Source: an uncultured Planctomycetales bacterium (GTDB taxonomy: Bacteria > Omnitrophota > Gorgyraeia > Gygaellales > Profunditerraquicolaceae). From it: a stretch of DNA of 64,000 nucleotides. The stretch lies in contig CAZYCL010000007.1 in assembly GCA_964645795.1 (NCBI GenBank), positions 26,896 through 90,895 on the forward strand, written 5' to 3'. The position numbers were made by a program, and so were the translations under genes. The notes under the pieces were generated by a model. That model worked only from the letters and a program-made list of their open reading frames with translations. It was not told the DNA's origin and searched no databases. Each line of letters opens with the position of its first letter. The stretch's first letter is position 1. Of this stretch, positions 49,641-59,816 are shown in pieces.

Positions 49641-51272
49641 ATGGACGAAAAAAGAAAGATGCTTGTCACCAGCGCCCTGCCCTACGCCAACGGCAGTATC
49701 CATATAGGCCACCTTGTAGAGTATATCCAGACCGATATCTGGGTGCGCTTCCAGAGGCTTATCGGCAATGACTGTTACTATATGTGCGCCGATGATACGC
49801 ACGGCACCCCCGTAATGCTCTCAGCCAAGAAACAGGGGATCTGCGCCGAAGAGCTGATCGAAAGAATGCAACGGGAGCATGTTGCGGATTTTAAGGAGTT
49901 CGATATAAGCTTCGATAATTACTACACCACCAACTCTTCGGAAAACAAAAAGCTGTCGGAGTTCATATACCTGGAGGCCAAAAAGAACGGCGCTATCTAT
50001 GAAAAACAGATATCCCAGCTCTTCTGCGACAACTGCGGAATATTCCTGCCTGACCGCTTTATCCGCGGGACCTGCCCCGAATGCAAGGCCCCCGACCAAT
50101 ACGGCGACTCCTGTGAAAAATGCAGCGCCACATATTCACCTGTTGATCTCATCGGACCTAAATGCGCGGAATGCGCCAATACCCCCAGATCAAAACCTAC
50201 GGTCCACCACTTTTTTAAGCTTTCGGCTTTTTCCGAGAAGTTAAAACAGTGGATCGACGAGGAGGGACACGTCCAGCCTGAGATCCGCAATAAGCTGCAG
50301 GAGTGGTTTAAGCAGGGCTTAAAAGACTGGGACATCAGCCGCGATGAGCCCTACTTCGGCTTCAAGATCCCCGGCACCCAGGATAAGTACTTCTACGTCT
50401 GGATGGACGCGCCTATCGGCTATATCGCCACTACCCAGAACTGGTGCGCCAAATCGGGCCTGGATTTCGAGCGCATATGGAGGGGGAGCGAGTTCGAGAT
50501 CCATCATATAATAGGTAAAGACATTCTCTACTTCCACACCCTCTTCTGGCCGGCGATGCTCATGGCTTCAGGGTTTACGCTGCCGACAGGCATACACATC
50601 CACGGTTTCCTGACCATAAACGGCGAAAAGATGTCCAAGAGCAGGGGCACTTTTATCAGGGCGCGCGAGTACCTCGATAATCTGGACCCCGAGCTGCTGC
50701 GCTATTACTACGCCTCGAAGCTCTCATCTTCGATTGATGATATCGACATCAACTGGGATGATTTCGTATTCAAGGTCAACTCGGACGTCGTGAATAAAGT
50801 GGTCAATATCGCCAGCCGCCTGGGGGCGGTGGTCAACAAGAAGCTCGGCGGCAAGCTTTCGATAATGGATGACGAAGGAGAAATGCTGGTAAGAAAACTG
50901 CTGGCTTCCGGCGCCCAGATCAGAAAATACTATGACGATTTCGAATTTAACCGGGCAATGAAAGAGATCGTCTCGCTGGCGGACCTGACCAACGTCTATA
51001 TCGACGCCAAGGCCCCGTGGGATGCTGCCAAGAAAAATCCGCAGGGGGCCCTAGAGGCCTGCACCTGCGGATTGAATGCCTTACGCGTAATAATGACTTA
51101 CCTGAAGCCAGTACTGCCCAGGATCAGCCGGGGGACAGAAGAATTCCTGAACATCGGGCCTCTAACCTGGGAGGGTCTGGAGAATAAAATTCTTAACTGC
51201 CGCATCAATGCCTACGAGCACCTCGCCAAGAGACTCGACCCAAAACAGGTGGATTTCGCCCGGCCCAAGTAA
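49641..51272 (+). CDS. metG: methionine--tRNA ligase (short form, no C-terminal tRNA-binding domain)
   Basis: 543 aa with HIGH (NGSIHIGH) and KMSKS motifs and a zinc knuckle (CPECKAPDQYGDSCEKC...CAEC). Confidence 0.95.
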   Translation: MDEKRKMLVTSALPYANGSIHIGHLVEYIQTDIWVRFQRLIGNDCYYMCADDTHGTPVMLSAKKQGICAEELIERMQREHVADFKEFDISFDNYYTTNSSENKKLSEFIYLEAKKNGAIYEKQISQLFCDNCGIFLPDRFIRGTCPECKAPDQYGDSCEKCSATYSPVDLIGPKCAECANTPRSKPTVHHFFKLSAFSEKLKQWIDEEGHVQPEIRNKLQEWFKQGLKDWDISRDEPYFGFKIPGTQDKYFYVWMDAPIGYIATTQNWCAKSGLDFERIWRGSEFEIHHIIGKDILYFHTLFWPAMLMASGFTLPTGIHIHGFLTINGEKMSKSRGTFIRAREYLDNLDPELLRYYYASKLSSSIDDIDINWDDFVFKVNSDVVNKVVNIASRLGAVVNKKLGGKLSIMDDEGEMLVRKLLASGAQIRKYYDDFEFNRAMKEIVSLADLTNVYIDAKAPWDAAKKNPQGALEACTCGLNALRVIMTYLKPVLPRISRGTEEFLNIGPLTWEGLENKILNCRINAYEHLAKRLDPKQVDFARPK

Positions 51273-51285
51273 AGCCAAAGCTGCG

Positions 51286-52134
51286 TCAAAGCCTTGATTT
51301 CAGCTCAAACTCGTCTATTAAATCCCCGTTTATGTCTATGACCGAAACCAAAACCCTGTCTCCTGAATTATCCAACCGGCAGTAATGAAACTGTTTTATG
51401 AACTTCTGGCTGTAAGGCGAGTTGCGGGTTTTGTCGTAAAGCCGGGAGCCGGCACCTCCTGAAACGATAAAATATATGCCTTTATAAAGACACCTCTCGT
51501 AATTATGGCAGTGGCCGGAAAATACGGCATTGACCCGGTACTGCTCCAGCAAAGGCAGGATCTCATTGCGCCAACCCATTTCGTCTTCATGGTGCACTGA
51601 AGAGCTGGTAAACAGCGGCCGATGAAAGTTAACGATGATAAAGCTGGCAAGCGGCGAGTGCTTCTTGAGCGTATCCCTGAACCAACGGTACTGCTGTGAA
51701 TCCGCAGAAAACGCAGACTCACTGTCCAGGATGATAAAAAGGATATTGTTTTCTTTGACCGCATACCAGCGTTCGTTGTTGGGCAGTTTGAAGTTTTCGA
51801 AGTAAAGCGGGGAGTTGGCCTCGTGATTGCCGAGAGCCGGATAGTATTTGGCTACCCGGCGCATGGCATAGGTGATCTCGTTAAAAACCTCCCATTGGAG
51901 GTGGCTATGCCCGTCTTCAACCTGGTCGCCGAGCTGGAATACCGCTATGGGCCGCTCCCTTACCGCCGCGGCCACGATCTTCTTATGCACCTGCGGAAAA
52001 TGCTGGCTATCGCCCATAACCACTATGGGGCGTAAAAACGCTCCGTGCCAATAGAGCTGCCGCGCCACGAACACGCCGAATAATACGCAGGCCAACGCGA
52101 CAAAAAAACCTATCTTTTTTATCTTTGAGATCAT
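51286..52134 (-). CDS. calcineurin-like metallophosphoesterase
   Basis: 282 aa with an N-terminal TM/signal segment and metallophosphoesterase motifs (GDSQHF..., GNHE, GH). It overlaps lipA by 4 nt and is the last gene of the gcv/lip operon. Confidence 0.75.
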   Translation of the reverse strand: MISKIKKIGFFVALACVLFGVFVARQLYWHGAFLRPIVVMGDSQHFPQVHKKIVAAAVRERPIAVFQLGDQVEDGHSHLQWEVFNEITYAMRRVAKYYPALGNHEANSPLYFENFKLPNNERWYAVKENNILFIILDSESAFSADSQQYRWFRDTLKKHSPLASFIIVNFHRPLFTSSSVHHEDEMGWRNEILPLLEQYRVNAVFSGHCHNYERCLYKGIYFIVSGGAGSRLYDKTRNSPYSQKFIKQFHYCRLDNSGDRVLVSVIDINGDLIDEFELKSRL

Positions 52135-53018
52135 TTACCTGCCCCTGATAAATACCCCTCTGCCATATAGGAGCTGCGCACGTAGGGAGCGCTTTCCACG
52201 TGCCTGAACCCGCGCAGCAGCGCTTGCCTGCGGTAATCGTCAAAGACCTCCGGCCGGACATATTCGCGCACGGGATAATGCGCCCGGCCGGGAGCCAGAT
52301 ACTGACCGATACTCAGGAAGTCGCAATCCACCCTTCTTAAATCATCGAATACACTCAACACTTCATCGCGGCTCTCCCCTAACCCGAGCATTATCCCGGA
52401 TTTGGTAAAGATACGGGCGTCTAAAGATTTCACGGCCCTCAGGAGCCCAAGCGAACCAGCGTAATCCGAATCCCTCCTTACTAAAGGATAAAGCGAGCTT
52501 ACCGTCTCAAGATTATGCGCGATTATCTGTGGGCCGGATGAGCATACGGCCGCAATAGATTCCCTGGAAAGTTTAAAATCCGGTATAAGCACTTCGATCG
52601 TAACTGCGGGGTCCCGCCCTCTTATAAGACGGACGGTTTCAGCAAATATCCCGGCCCCTCCGTCAACAAGATCGTCGCGGGTCACGCTGGTGACCACGAC
52701 ATGACGCAAACCCAGCCTTGAAACCGCCTCGGCAATGCGCCGGGGCTCGTCTTCGTCAGGGGGCAAGGTGGCTCCTTTTTTCACGCCGCAAAAACTGCAG
52801 CTGCGCGTGCAGTACTTACCGAGTATCATAAAGGTTGCGTGACCCGCGCAAAAGCACTCGCCGATATTAGGGCAAAGCGCCTGCTCGCAAACTGTCTCAA
52901 GCCTTAAATCCCTTAAGATGGATTTTACGCCCAAGCAACCTTTCAGCGATATCTTTTTATTAAGCCAAGAGGGCCTGGTCGAGGCGGATCTTTTTGTGGT
53001 TCCAGTCAGGGTTGGCAT
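52131..53018 (-). CDS. lipA: lipoyl synthase LipA (radical SAM)
   Basis: Carries the LipA N-terminal motif (RPSWLNKKI...CEQALCPNIGECF) and the radical SAM motif CTRSCSFC. The longest ORF extends to 53129 and would overlap the upstream gene by 170 nt, so I chose the internal Met at 53018. The start is uncertain. Confidence 0.8.
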   Translation of the reverse strand: MPTLTGTTKRSASTRPSWLNKKISLKGCLGVKSILRDLRLETVCEQALCPNIGECFCAGHATFMILGKYCTRSCSFCGVKKGATLPPDEDEPRRIAEAVSRLGLRHVVVTSVTRDDLVDGGAGIFAETVRLIRGRDPAVTIEVLIPDFKLSRESIAAVCSSGPQIIAHNLETVSSLYPLVRRDSDYAGSLGLLRAVKSLDARIFTKSGIMLGLGESRDEVLSVFDDLRRVDCDFLSIGQYLAPGRAHYPVREYVRPEVFDDYRRQALLRGFRHVESAPYVRSSYMAEGYLSGAGK

Positions 53019-53781
53019 ATTTGGTCTCGATGAGCCGGCGGCAGAGAGATTCTTCTTCGGGAGCGAGGTTTTCCTGGATGAAAGAAACATCAAACTGCTG
53101 GGCAAAGGAGCGGATAAGCACCTCTTCAATAATGTCTTTATCCGGCATGCGCCCCAAAAGCTCGCTAAGGCTTGCGCAACCTAATGAGATATCTTGCGCC
53201 CAACCGCGCAGGTAGCGTCCAACCAGATCCCAATCGATGGAGCAAGGGATTATCCCGTGCTGAAACAGCTCCTGCCTCCTTCTCTTCTGGGCGTTCCCGC
53301 CTATCTTCTTTGAGCCGGCGACGATATCGTATTTTTCCCGAGATGCGCTGCAGATATGGTGAGGGATGCTTTGGCGGATAAAATCTTTGTCCTGCAGCGC
53401 GAAGTACGCCTCAATACCCAGGGACTCGTAGAAACGCAAAAGAAAAGCGCAGATATGCCGGTAAGAAACCAGGGTTTCCTGGGGCTCTCCGATATCCGCC
53501 TTGCGGCAGGCAAAGCTGTAGGTTATCTCGTCGTCATGAAAGAGTATGCCTCCGCCGGTCATCCTGCGCACCACCTCCACCCCGTCTTCCAGGCAGCGCT
53601 GCATATCGGCGACTACCCGCACATCCTGGGAGATACCGGCGCTAAAGGACGGGTTTTCCCAGCGATATACCCTGAACGTAGGGATCCCTTTCTGGCAGCA
53701 GGTGGTAAATATCACCTCATCCAGGGCCATATTATAAGCGGCGCTTGCGGGCTGGGAACGGATCAATCTGAATATTTTCAT
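52960..53781 (-). CDS. lipoate--protein ligase / octanoyltransferase family protein (LplA/LipM-like)
   Basis: BPL/LplA/LipB-family motifs (RRMTGGGILFHDDE; GSKKIGGNAQKRR lysine loop). The start was chosen at MKIFRL (53781) rather than the ORF-track start at 53841, which would overlap gcvPB. Confidence 0.7.
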   Translation of the reverse strand: MKIFRLIRSQPASAAYNMALDEVIFTTCCQKGIPTFRVYRWENPSFSAGISQDVRVVADMQRCLEDGVEVVRRMTGGGILFHDDEITYSFACRKADIGEPQETLVSYRHICAFLLRFYESLGIEAYFALQDKDFIRQSIPHHICSASREKYDIVAGSKKIGGNAQKRRRQELFQHGIIPCSIDWDLVGRYLRGWAQDISLGCASLSELLGRMPDKDIIEEVLIRSFAQQFDVSFIQENLAPEEESLCRRLIETKYANPDWNHKKIRLDQALLA

Positions 53782-53782
53782 G

Positions 53783-55240
53783 TCAACTCTGTTGCGGCTG
53801 CCAGCGCAGGTTCGGCTGGCGGGCAGCCAGCGTCTCATCAAGCCTCGTTACCGGAGCAGACCTCGGCGCCTGCTTGAGTGCCGATGGGTCTTTTTCGGCA
53901 AGCTCGGCGACCTCGATCATCGCCCGGATAAAGAGATCAAGGGTCTCTTTAGACTCGGTCTCCGTAGGCTCGATCATCAGCGCTTCTTTTACGATAAGCG
54001 GAAAATACACGGTCGGGGGATGAAGCCCCTTATCGATGAGGTACTTGGCTATATCGATAGCGTGCACTCCGTGCCTGGCCTGGCGCAAAGCCGAGAAAAC
54101 GCATTCGTGCATGCAGATCTTGTCATAGGCGATATCGTAGTATTGTTTCAGCTTGGCGCGGCAGTAGTTGGCGTTAAGCACCGCGTAGTCGCTTATCTGC
54201 TCCAGCCCCTCCCTGCCCAGATACATGATGTAGGCAAAAGCCTTTAGTATCACCGCGAAGTTGCCGTAAAAAGGCGCGACGTAACCGATGGAGCTCTTGT
54301 AATGATAATCCAAAGCGAAGCTGCCGTCGCAGCGCTTTATGACCCTGGGTATAGGCAGAAACTGCGCCAGCTTCTCGTTTGCGCCGACGGGCCCGGCGCC
54401 GGGGCCGCCGCCGCCGTGAGGGGTGGCGAATGTCTTGTGCAGGTTTATATGCACGACGTCAAAACCGATATCGCCGGGGCGGCATTTGCCCAGCATTGCG
54501 TTGAGATTAGCTCCGTCATAATACATTAGCGCCCCTACCGCATGGGCCATATCGCTGATCTCTTTTATGCGCGGGTTGAATATCCCCAGGGTATCCGGAC
54601 AGGTCAGCATCACCGCGGCGACATCCTCGTTGAGGCATTTTTTGTATTCCTCTAAATCCATATAGCCGTCTTCGGCAGTAGGGATGACGATGACCTGATA
54701 GCCGGCGATCGCGGCACTTGCGGGGTTGGTCCCGTGCGATGAATCGGGGACGATCACGTATTTACGACGGCTGCCCCGGGACTTATGATAAGCGGCTATA
54801 AGCATTACTCCGGTCAGCTCTCCGTGGGCGCCGGCAAGCGGCTGCATGGTAAAGGCGTGCATGCCGGTGATCTCGCACAGAAGCCTGTCCGTTTCATAAA
54901 GCACCTCCAGCGCCCCCTGCGCCAGCATCCCTCCTCCGGACAGCTGCGGCAGGAGAGGGTGCACAGAGGCAAACCCCTCAAGCGAAGCCAGGCGCTCGGT
55001 GAACTTGGGGTTATACTTCATGGTGCAGGAGCCAAGCGGATAAAAGTTGGTATCCACGCAGTAGTTTAACCGGGAAAGATTGGTGTAATGACGCACCACC
55101 TCCAGTTCGCTTACGTCAGCAAGCCTGGGCTGCTGGAGGCGGCAGTATTTGGTATCCAGTGGCGCCGGATCCGGCAGTTGAGAGGCCGCAAACAATGATG
55201 AGCCCATTCCTTCCTTATGTTTATCGAATATCAGCTCCAC
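53783..55240 (-). CDS. gcvPB: glycine dehydrogenase (aminomethyl-transferring) subunit 2, GcvPB
   Basis: 485 aa; a PLP-dependent P-protein C-terminal half with the PLP-lysine region (NLHKTFATPHGGGGPG). Confidence 0.95.
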   Translation of the reverse strand: MELIFDKHKEGMGSSLFAASQLPDPAPLDTKYCRLQQPRLADVSELEVVRHYTNLSRLNYCVDTNFYPLGSCTMKYNPKFTERLASLEGFASVHPLLPQLSGGGMLAQGALEVLYETDRLLCEITGMHAFTMQPLAGAHGELTGVMLIAAYHKSRGSRRKYVIVPDSSHGTNPASAAIAGYQVIVIPTAEDGYMDLEEYKKCLNEDVAAVMLTCPDTLGIFNPRIKEISDMAHAVGALMYYDGANLNAMLGKCRPGDIGFDVVHINLHKTFATPHGGGGPGAGPVGANEKLAQFLPIPRVIKRCDGSFALDYHYKSSIGYVAPFYGNFAVILKAFAYIMYLGREGLEQISDYAVLNANYCRAKLKQYYDIAYDKICMHECVFSALRQARHGVHAIDIAKYLIDKGLHPPTVYFPLIVKEALMIEPTETESKETLDLFIRAMIEVAELAEKDPSALKQAPRSAPVTRLDETLAARQPNLRWQPQQS

Positions 55241-57027
55241 TGGTCCTCCCGATCATTCTCTCCTGCGCTAATGCAACTCTGCGAACACCCGGAACAGAGA
55301 TCCGTATCGGATGCGCGATGCACCTGCAGCTTCCAGCGCATCAGGCGCTCGCTGGTCTTCATCCGTATCCTCCTGGAAAGATGGAGGAGCTTGACCGGCA
55401 AAGGCGTAAGCCTGTTATTATAATAATTGCGGTAAAGCCTCAGATAATAAGCGATCTCTTCTTTATCGGATAAATGAGAGTACAGATAAAAAATAACGTT
55501 GGATTCGTCTTTAACGGCGCCGGATACGGCGTCATTGGCCTTAAGAAAACCGTAGACGCGATTATAGGATTCGTTGATCTGGCATTTTTTCTCTTCCCAG
55601 CTTAACCCCCCTACCTCATCGAATGAGTAACTCCAGGCTTCCACTCCCGTCCTGAATGATTCGGCAAAATTATGGTAGCTTCTGACGTTAGTCAGCCCGT
55701 AATTGGCAGGAGACTTAAGCATAAGGCTGCCTTCCACCAAATAGAATCTGTTGATAAACACGCCGTCGATACTTGAGCGGTTATCGCTTATGAATTTTAC
55801 GGTAGCCCGGACATCCTCCTGGTTCTCGTGAGGCAGCCCCGCAATGATCTCCATCTCCGTCCAGATCCCCGCTTCATTGCACCAGGCCAGCTTGCGCCTG
55901 ACATCTTGAAGATCAACTTTTTTTTCTACGATCTCCAGCAGCCTGGGGCTGGCTGTCTCTAATCCGAATATCAGGCGGCAGGCCCCGGCCTTCCTCATTA
56001 GTTTAAGGGTCTGGGGGTCATCGAGGGTGGTGAAGTTGGCGCAGGCTGACCATATAATATCCAGGCCCGAATCCAATATCCGGTTACAGAAATCCTTGAT
56101 GAAACCGGCGGAAATATTGGTCTGGTTATCCAGGAGAAAGAAATACCGGGTGCCGTATTTGGCGCGAAGCTTTGCCAGGCTTGCTACCGCTTCTTGCGGA
56201 TCAAGATAATAGAGCTTGCTGTCGGCTGACGAAAGACAGAAGGAGCAGCGGTTGGCGCAGCCGTGTATGCTCTGAAAAGGCAGCATCAGGTTGCCGTCTG
56301 ACGGAAAACCTGCTGCGGGTATCCCGGCGAAAAATCCTGCCTCCTGCCAACGGTACCTTTCCAAAGGCAGGCCATCGAAACAGGGTGAGATAAGGACCTG
56401 GTGTTTGTTGGCAGGGTTCTTAAAAACCCTGCCATCCAGCGCGTAGGCCAGGCCCGGTATCTGCTCAAGCCCTACATCCCGTCCGTCTAGCTTTTGCAAC
56501 AACATCTCCAGGGGGATCTCTCCGTAACCCATCACCTGATAATCGATGATACCCAGGCTGTTGTAAAGCTCGAAGTTCTCGTAAATATATCCTCTTTGCA
56601 GCCACTCCCCTCCCGCTATTACGGTCTTACCGCCGCATCTGTGCTTAAAATAGGCGGAGATTAGCAACGACATGACAGACGAACAAAGGTCGTTGCTATA
56701 GACCGAAACCAGCAGTATATCCGTATTCTTGAGGTCCGTTTCTTCAAGATAGCGGCCTACGATATCATCAAGCGCCGGTTCTTGCCGGCCCTTAAGGTAA
56801 CGGACAAGCCGCTCTTGATCAAAAAACAGCCTGATCAGCTTATTCCTTACCCGCGGATAGTAATAATCATTGCCGCGGCAGTAGCCGCTAACATTAAGAT
56901 CGTGCTGGCTAATATCGTAGCCCTTCTTTTTTAGGAAAGCGTAGATGCAGCCCAGGCTCAAAGGCGGCAGCGTCTTATAATTGAGGAAAATATTAAAAGC
57001 GGGTGATTTTATGATCTTGATCTTCAT
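55231..57027 (-). CDS. B12-binding-domain radical SAM protein (class-B-like), function unknown
   Basis: 598 aa with an N-terminal Rossmann-like cobalamin-binding-type domain and a radical SAM core with CxxxCxxC (CANRCSFC). It is embedded between gcvPA and gcvPB, with a 10-nt overlap on gcvPB and 1 nt after the gcvPA stop. Confidence 0.75.
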   Translation of the reverse strand: MKIKIIKSPAFNIFLNYKTLPPLSLGCIYAFLKKKGYDISQHDLNVSGYCRGNDYYYPRVRNKLIRLFFDQERLVRYLKGRQEPALDDIVGRYLEETDLKNTDILLVSVYSNDLCSSVMSLLISAYFKHRCGGKTVIAGGEWLQRGYIYENFELYNSLGIIDYQVMGYGEIPLEMLLQKLDGRDVGLEQIPGLAYALDGRVFKNPANKHQVLISPCFDGLPLERYRWQEAGFFAGIPAAGFPSDGNLMLPFQSIHGCANRCSFCLSSADSKLYYLDPQEAVASLAKLRAKYGTRYFFLLDNQTNISAGFIKDFCNRILDSGLDIIWSACANFTTLDDPQTLKLMRKAGACRLIFGLETASPRLLEIVEKKVDLQDVRRKLAWCNEAGIWTEMEIIAGLPHENQEDVRATVKFISDNRSSIDGVFINRFYLVEGSLMLKSPANYGLTNVRSYHNFAESFRTGVEAWSYSFDEVGGLSWEEKKCQINESYNRVYGFLKANDAVSGAVKDESNVIFYLYSHLSDKEEIAYYLRLYRNYYNNRLTPLPVKLLHLSRRIRMKTSERLMRWKLQVHRASDTDLCSGCSQSCISAGENDREDQWS

Positions 57028-57028
57028 C

Positions 57029-58363
57029 TTAAGTAAGGACCGCCTCCAGGCTGCCGGCCAAGAGCAGTATCTCTTCCCTGGTCCTCTTCTCGGTCACGGC
57101 AACCAACAGGTAATTGTCCATGCCTTTATAGAATCTGCCCAAGGGGAAACCGCAGGCAAAGCCTTTATTGATCATGCGCTGCACCACTTCGTCGGCATTA
57201 CGCGGCAGCAGCACCGTAAATTCGTTGAAAGTGGGCGAACTGCGCTTGACTTGGACGCCCGGTATGCGCGAAATGGCGTCTTTGGCGAACTCGGCCTTGC
57301 TGTAATTAAGCCTCGCCAGCTCTTTCAGGCCGCTCCTGCCGACCAGCGAAGCGTATATCGTAAAACGCAAGGCGCAGAGGGCTTCGTTGGAGCAGATGTT
57401 GGACGTGGCCTTTTCCCTGCGGATATGCTGCTCACGCGTCTGCAGCGTCAGCACAAAACCCCGCCTGCCTTGCGAATCCGCGGTCGCGCCCACGATCCTG
57501 CCCGGCATCTGACGTACCAGCTCCTTTTTTGCGGCCATAAAGCCCAGATATGGCCCGCCGAAGGATAAGGGGATACCGAAGCTCTGACCTTCTCCGGTAG
57601 AGATATCAAACCCCATCTCGCCCGGAGATTTAAGCATGCCCAGCGCCACCGGATAAACGGATTGTATGGCCAGGGCACCGCAGGAGTGGACCTTGGCTAC
57701 CACATCGCTATGGTCATCGACGGCGCCGAAGAAATTAGGGTTCTGCAGGATCACCGCCGCGGTCCTGTCATCTAAATGCTTATAGAGCTGCTCACGGCAG
57801 CTTTGGCCGTGGACAACAGGTATCTCGACGAACTCAATGGAAAGATTGGAAGTGTAGGTGTAGAGCATGGTGCGGTAAAGCAGGCTTATGCCGCTGTCCA
57901 TGATTATCTTATTCCTGCCGGTAAGGCGCACGGCCATCATTGCCGCTTCATACAGGGCGGTGCCGCCGTCATAAAGGGAGGCGTTGGCTACATCCAGCCC
58001 CGTCAACTCGCAAACCGCGGTCTGAAACTCGTATATTGCCTGCAGCCAGCCCTGGGAGCATTCCGGCTGATAAGGGGTGTAGGCGGTGTAAAACTCCGCA
58101 CGGCCGGCCAGCGCATCCACTGCCGCAGGTATAAAATGATCGTAGAAACCGGCCCCGACAAAGCTGATAAGAGAAGAGGCGTTCTTAGCCGCCAGCGACT
58201 TAAGGTGTTCGCTGACCTCAAACTCTGACTTTCCTTTTGGTATATCGAATGAACGCGGGCCGAGCGCGGCGGGGATGTCCCTGAAGAGCTCATCGATAGA
58301 GCCGACACCAATGGCCTTAAGCATCTCTTTTACATCCCGGGGTGTATGGCTGATATAACTCAT
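57029..58363 (-). CDS. gcvPA: glycine dehydrogenase (aminomethyl-transferring) subunit 1, GcvPA
   Basis: P-protein N-terminal half. The start was chosen at MSYISHTPRDVKEMLKAIG (58363); the ORF-track start at 58423 adds 20 atypical residues and overlaps the upstream radical SAM gene. Confidence 0.9.
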   Translation of the reverse strand: MSYISHTPRDVKEMLKAIGVGSIDELFRDIPAALGPRSFDIPKGKSEFEVSEHLKSLAAKNASSLISFVGAGFYDHFIPAAVDALAGRAEFYTAYTPYQPECSQGWLQAIYEFQTAVCELTGLDVANASLYDGGTALYEAAMMAVRLTGRNKIIMDSGISLLYRTMLYTYTSNLSIEFVEIPVVHGQSCREQLYKHLDDRTAAVILQNPNFFGAVDDHSDVVAKVHSCGALAIQSVYPVALGMLKSPGEMGFDISTGEGQSFGIPLSFGGPYLGFMAAKKELVRQMPGRIVGATADSQGRRGFVLTLQTREQHIRREKATSNICSNEALCALRFTIYASLVGRSGLKELARLNYSKAEFAKDAISRIPGVQVKRSSPTFNEFTVLLPRNADEVVQRMINKGFACGFPLGRFYKGMDNYLLVAVTEKRTREEILLLAGSLEAVLT

Positions 58364-58388
58364 TCTATGATTATAACACTCTGGTCTT

Positions 58389-59420
58389 TTAAAGTAAATC
58401 CTTAGGAAGATTGCGGCCGTCAATAAACGAGAGCATGCCGAAATGCCTGATATTTCGCAGATACGACCCCGACTTGTATTCTGGACAGGATGCGCAAGGT
58501 ATCTGGCCAGACGCAGGAGACAGCCTTAAGAGCATGCGCTTGGCATAAATATACTTGCCGCCCCTAAGGCAGGCCGACAGGCCCTCCTCTAAGACATTTC
58601 CAAAATCCCCGTAGATGTTGCGGCAACAGCCAAGAAGCTTGCCGTCCCAGTTGATCTGCGGCGACCTCCAGAGCTGGTGGCAGAAGCCTGCGTTGGGGCT
58701 GTCGGGATAGCCTCTGATCGCCTGCGCGTCATTAAGCGGGGAATACTGCGGGTAGTCGTTAGGCGCGGCCTTAAAAGACATACCCAGCCCTGCGGCCATC
58801 TTCCGGGCAAGCGCAAGCTCTCCCTGGTTGTGCCCGAAAACTACGAACTTCCAGACGAGCTCGGGTTTCTTTTTGTTATATCTCTTCTTAAACCCGTTAA
58901 TAGCCCTGATGTTGGCAACCACCCTTTCCAGGTCCCCGTTCACATGATATATTTTATACACGTCGTTTGTGGCCCCGGATATGGAGACGGTCAGCAGATC
59001 GAAACCGCATCTAACCATGCAATCCAAAACGTCATCTGCGGCGTGATTTAAATTGACCCCGTTATTCGAATACAGGACAACGCCTTTCGAATAGGCGTAT
59101 TCGATGATGTCTTTCAGGCGGGGATTCAAAAAGATCTCGCCCCAGTTCGACAGCTCCACCCTGTTTATCCAGGGATTGGAATCGATTATGTGCCTGAAAT
59201 CATCAAAGCTGATGCTGCCGCGGCCGATGACGCTGTCAAAGAGCCCGTTCTCATCAGAGGCCAGCGCAGGACACCTGGCGCACTTAAGCTGGCAAAGGCT
59301 GGACGCCTCTATCCTTACCGTCCTGCCCAGCGTCCGGTGACCCAGATAATCCAGTAGCCTGCCGGGGACACCCAGGCATCCTTTTACCGATCTGATACCG
59401 CTTTCCGCCTTAGACATCAC
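58389..59420 (-). CDS. radical SAM protein with Cys-rich C-terminal (SPASM/twitch-like) region, function unknown
   Basis: 343 aa with CxxxCxxC near the N-terminus (CQLKCARC) and C-terminal cysteines (CHQLW...GCCRNIYGD...CASCPEY). It is embedded between gcvH and gcvPA and is paralogous in architecture to 62815-63780. Confidence 0.75.
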   Translation of the reverse strand: MMSKAESGIRSVKGCLGVPGRLLDYLGHRTLGRTVRIEASSLCQLKCARCPALASDENGLFDSVIGRGSISFDDFRHIIDSNPWINRVELSNWGEIFLNPRLKDIIEYAYSKGVVLYSNNGVNLNHAADDVLDCMVRCGFDLLTVSISGATNDVYKIYHVNGDLERVVANIRAINGFKKRYNKKKPELVWKFVVFGHNQGELALARKMAAGLGMSFKAAPNDYPQYSPLNDAQAIRGYPDSPNAGFCHQLWRSPQINWDGKLLGCCRNIYGDFGNVLEEGLSACLRGGKYIYAKRMLLRLSPASGQIPCASCPEYKSGSYLRNIRHFGMLSFIDGRNLPKDLL

Positions 59421-59426
59421 CGCGGC

Positions 59427-59816
59427 TCATTTAGACTGGCTTTCCAGATAACGCTCGTAAGAGGCCGCATCCATAAGAAGGGATTTTTCTTTTTCATCGG
59501 AGAACTCCATGACAAAAAAATGCCCCTTATCGTAAGGAGACTGATTTATCAGCTCCGGATGGGCGCCCAAAGATTCGTTGACCCCGCTTACGGTACCGGA
59601 TAACGGCGCGTAGACGTCCGAGGCGGCCTTTACCGACTCGACAGTCGCGCAGGACTTGGAACGCTCTAATTTTGCCCCTTTTTTGGGCAGCTCGACAAAA
59701 GTGATATCCCCAAGAGAGGACTGGGCATGATCGGTGATCCCGACGTAAGCGGTCGAACCCTCGATGCGCGCCCATTCGTGATCTTTGGTATACAAGAGAT
59801 TCTGTGGCACGTTCAT
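59427..59816 (-). CDS. gcvH: glycine cleavage system H protein (lipoyl carrier)
   Basis: 129 aa with a lipoyl-lysine motif context (CATVESVKAASDVYAPLSGTV). It overlaps gcvT by 4 nt. Confidence 0.9.
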   Translation of the reverse strand: MNVPQNLLYTKDHEWARIEGSTAYVGITDHAQSSLGDITFVELPKKGAKLERSKSCATVESVKAASDVYAPLSGTVSGVNESLGAHPELINQSPYDKGHFFVMEFSDEKEKSLLMDAASYERYLESQSK

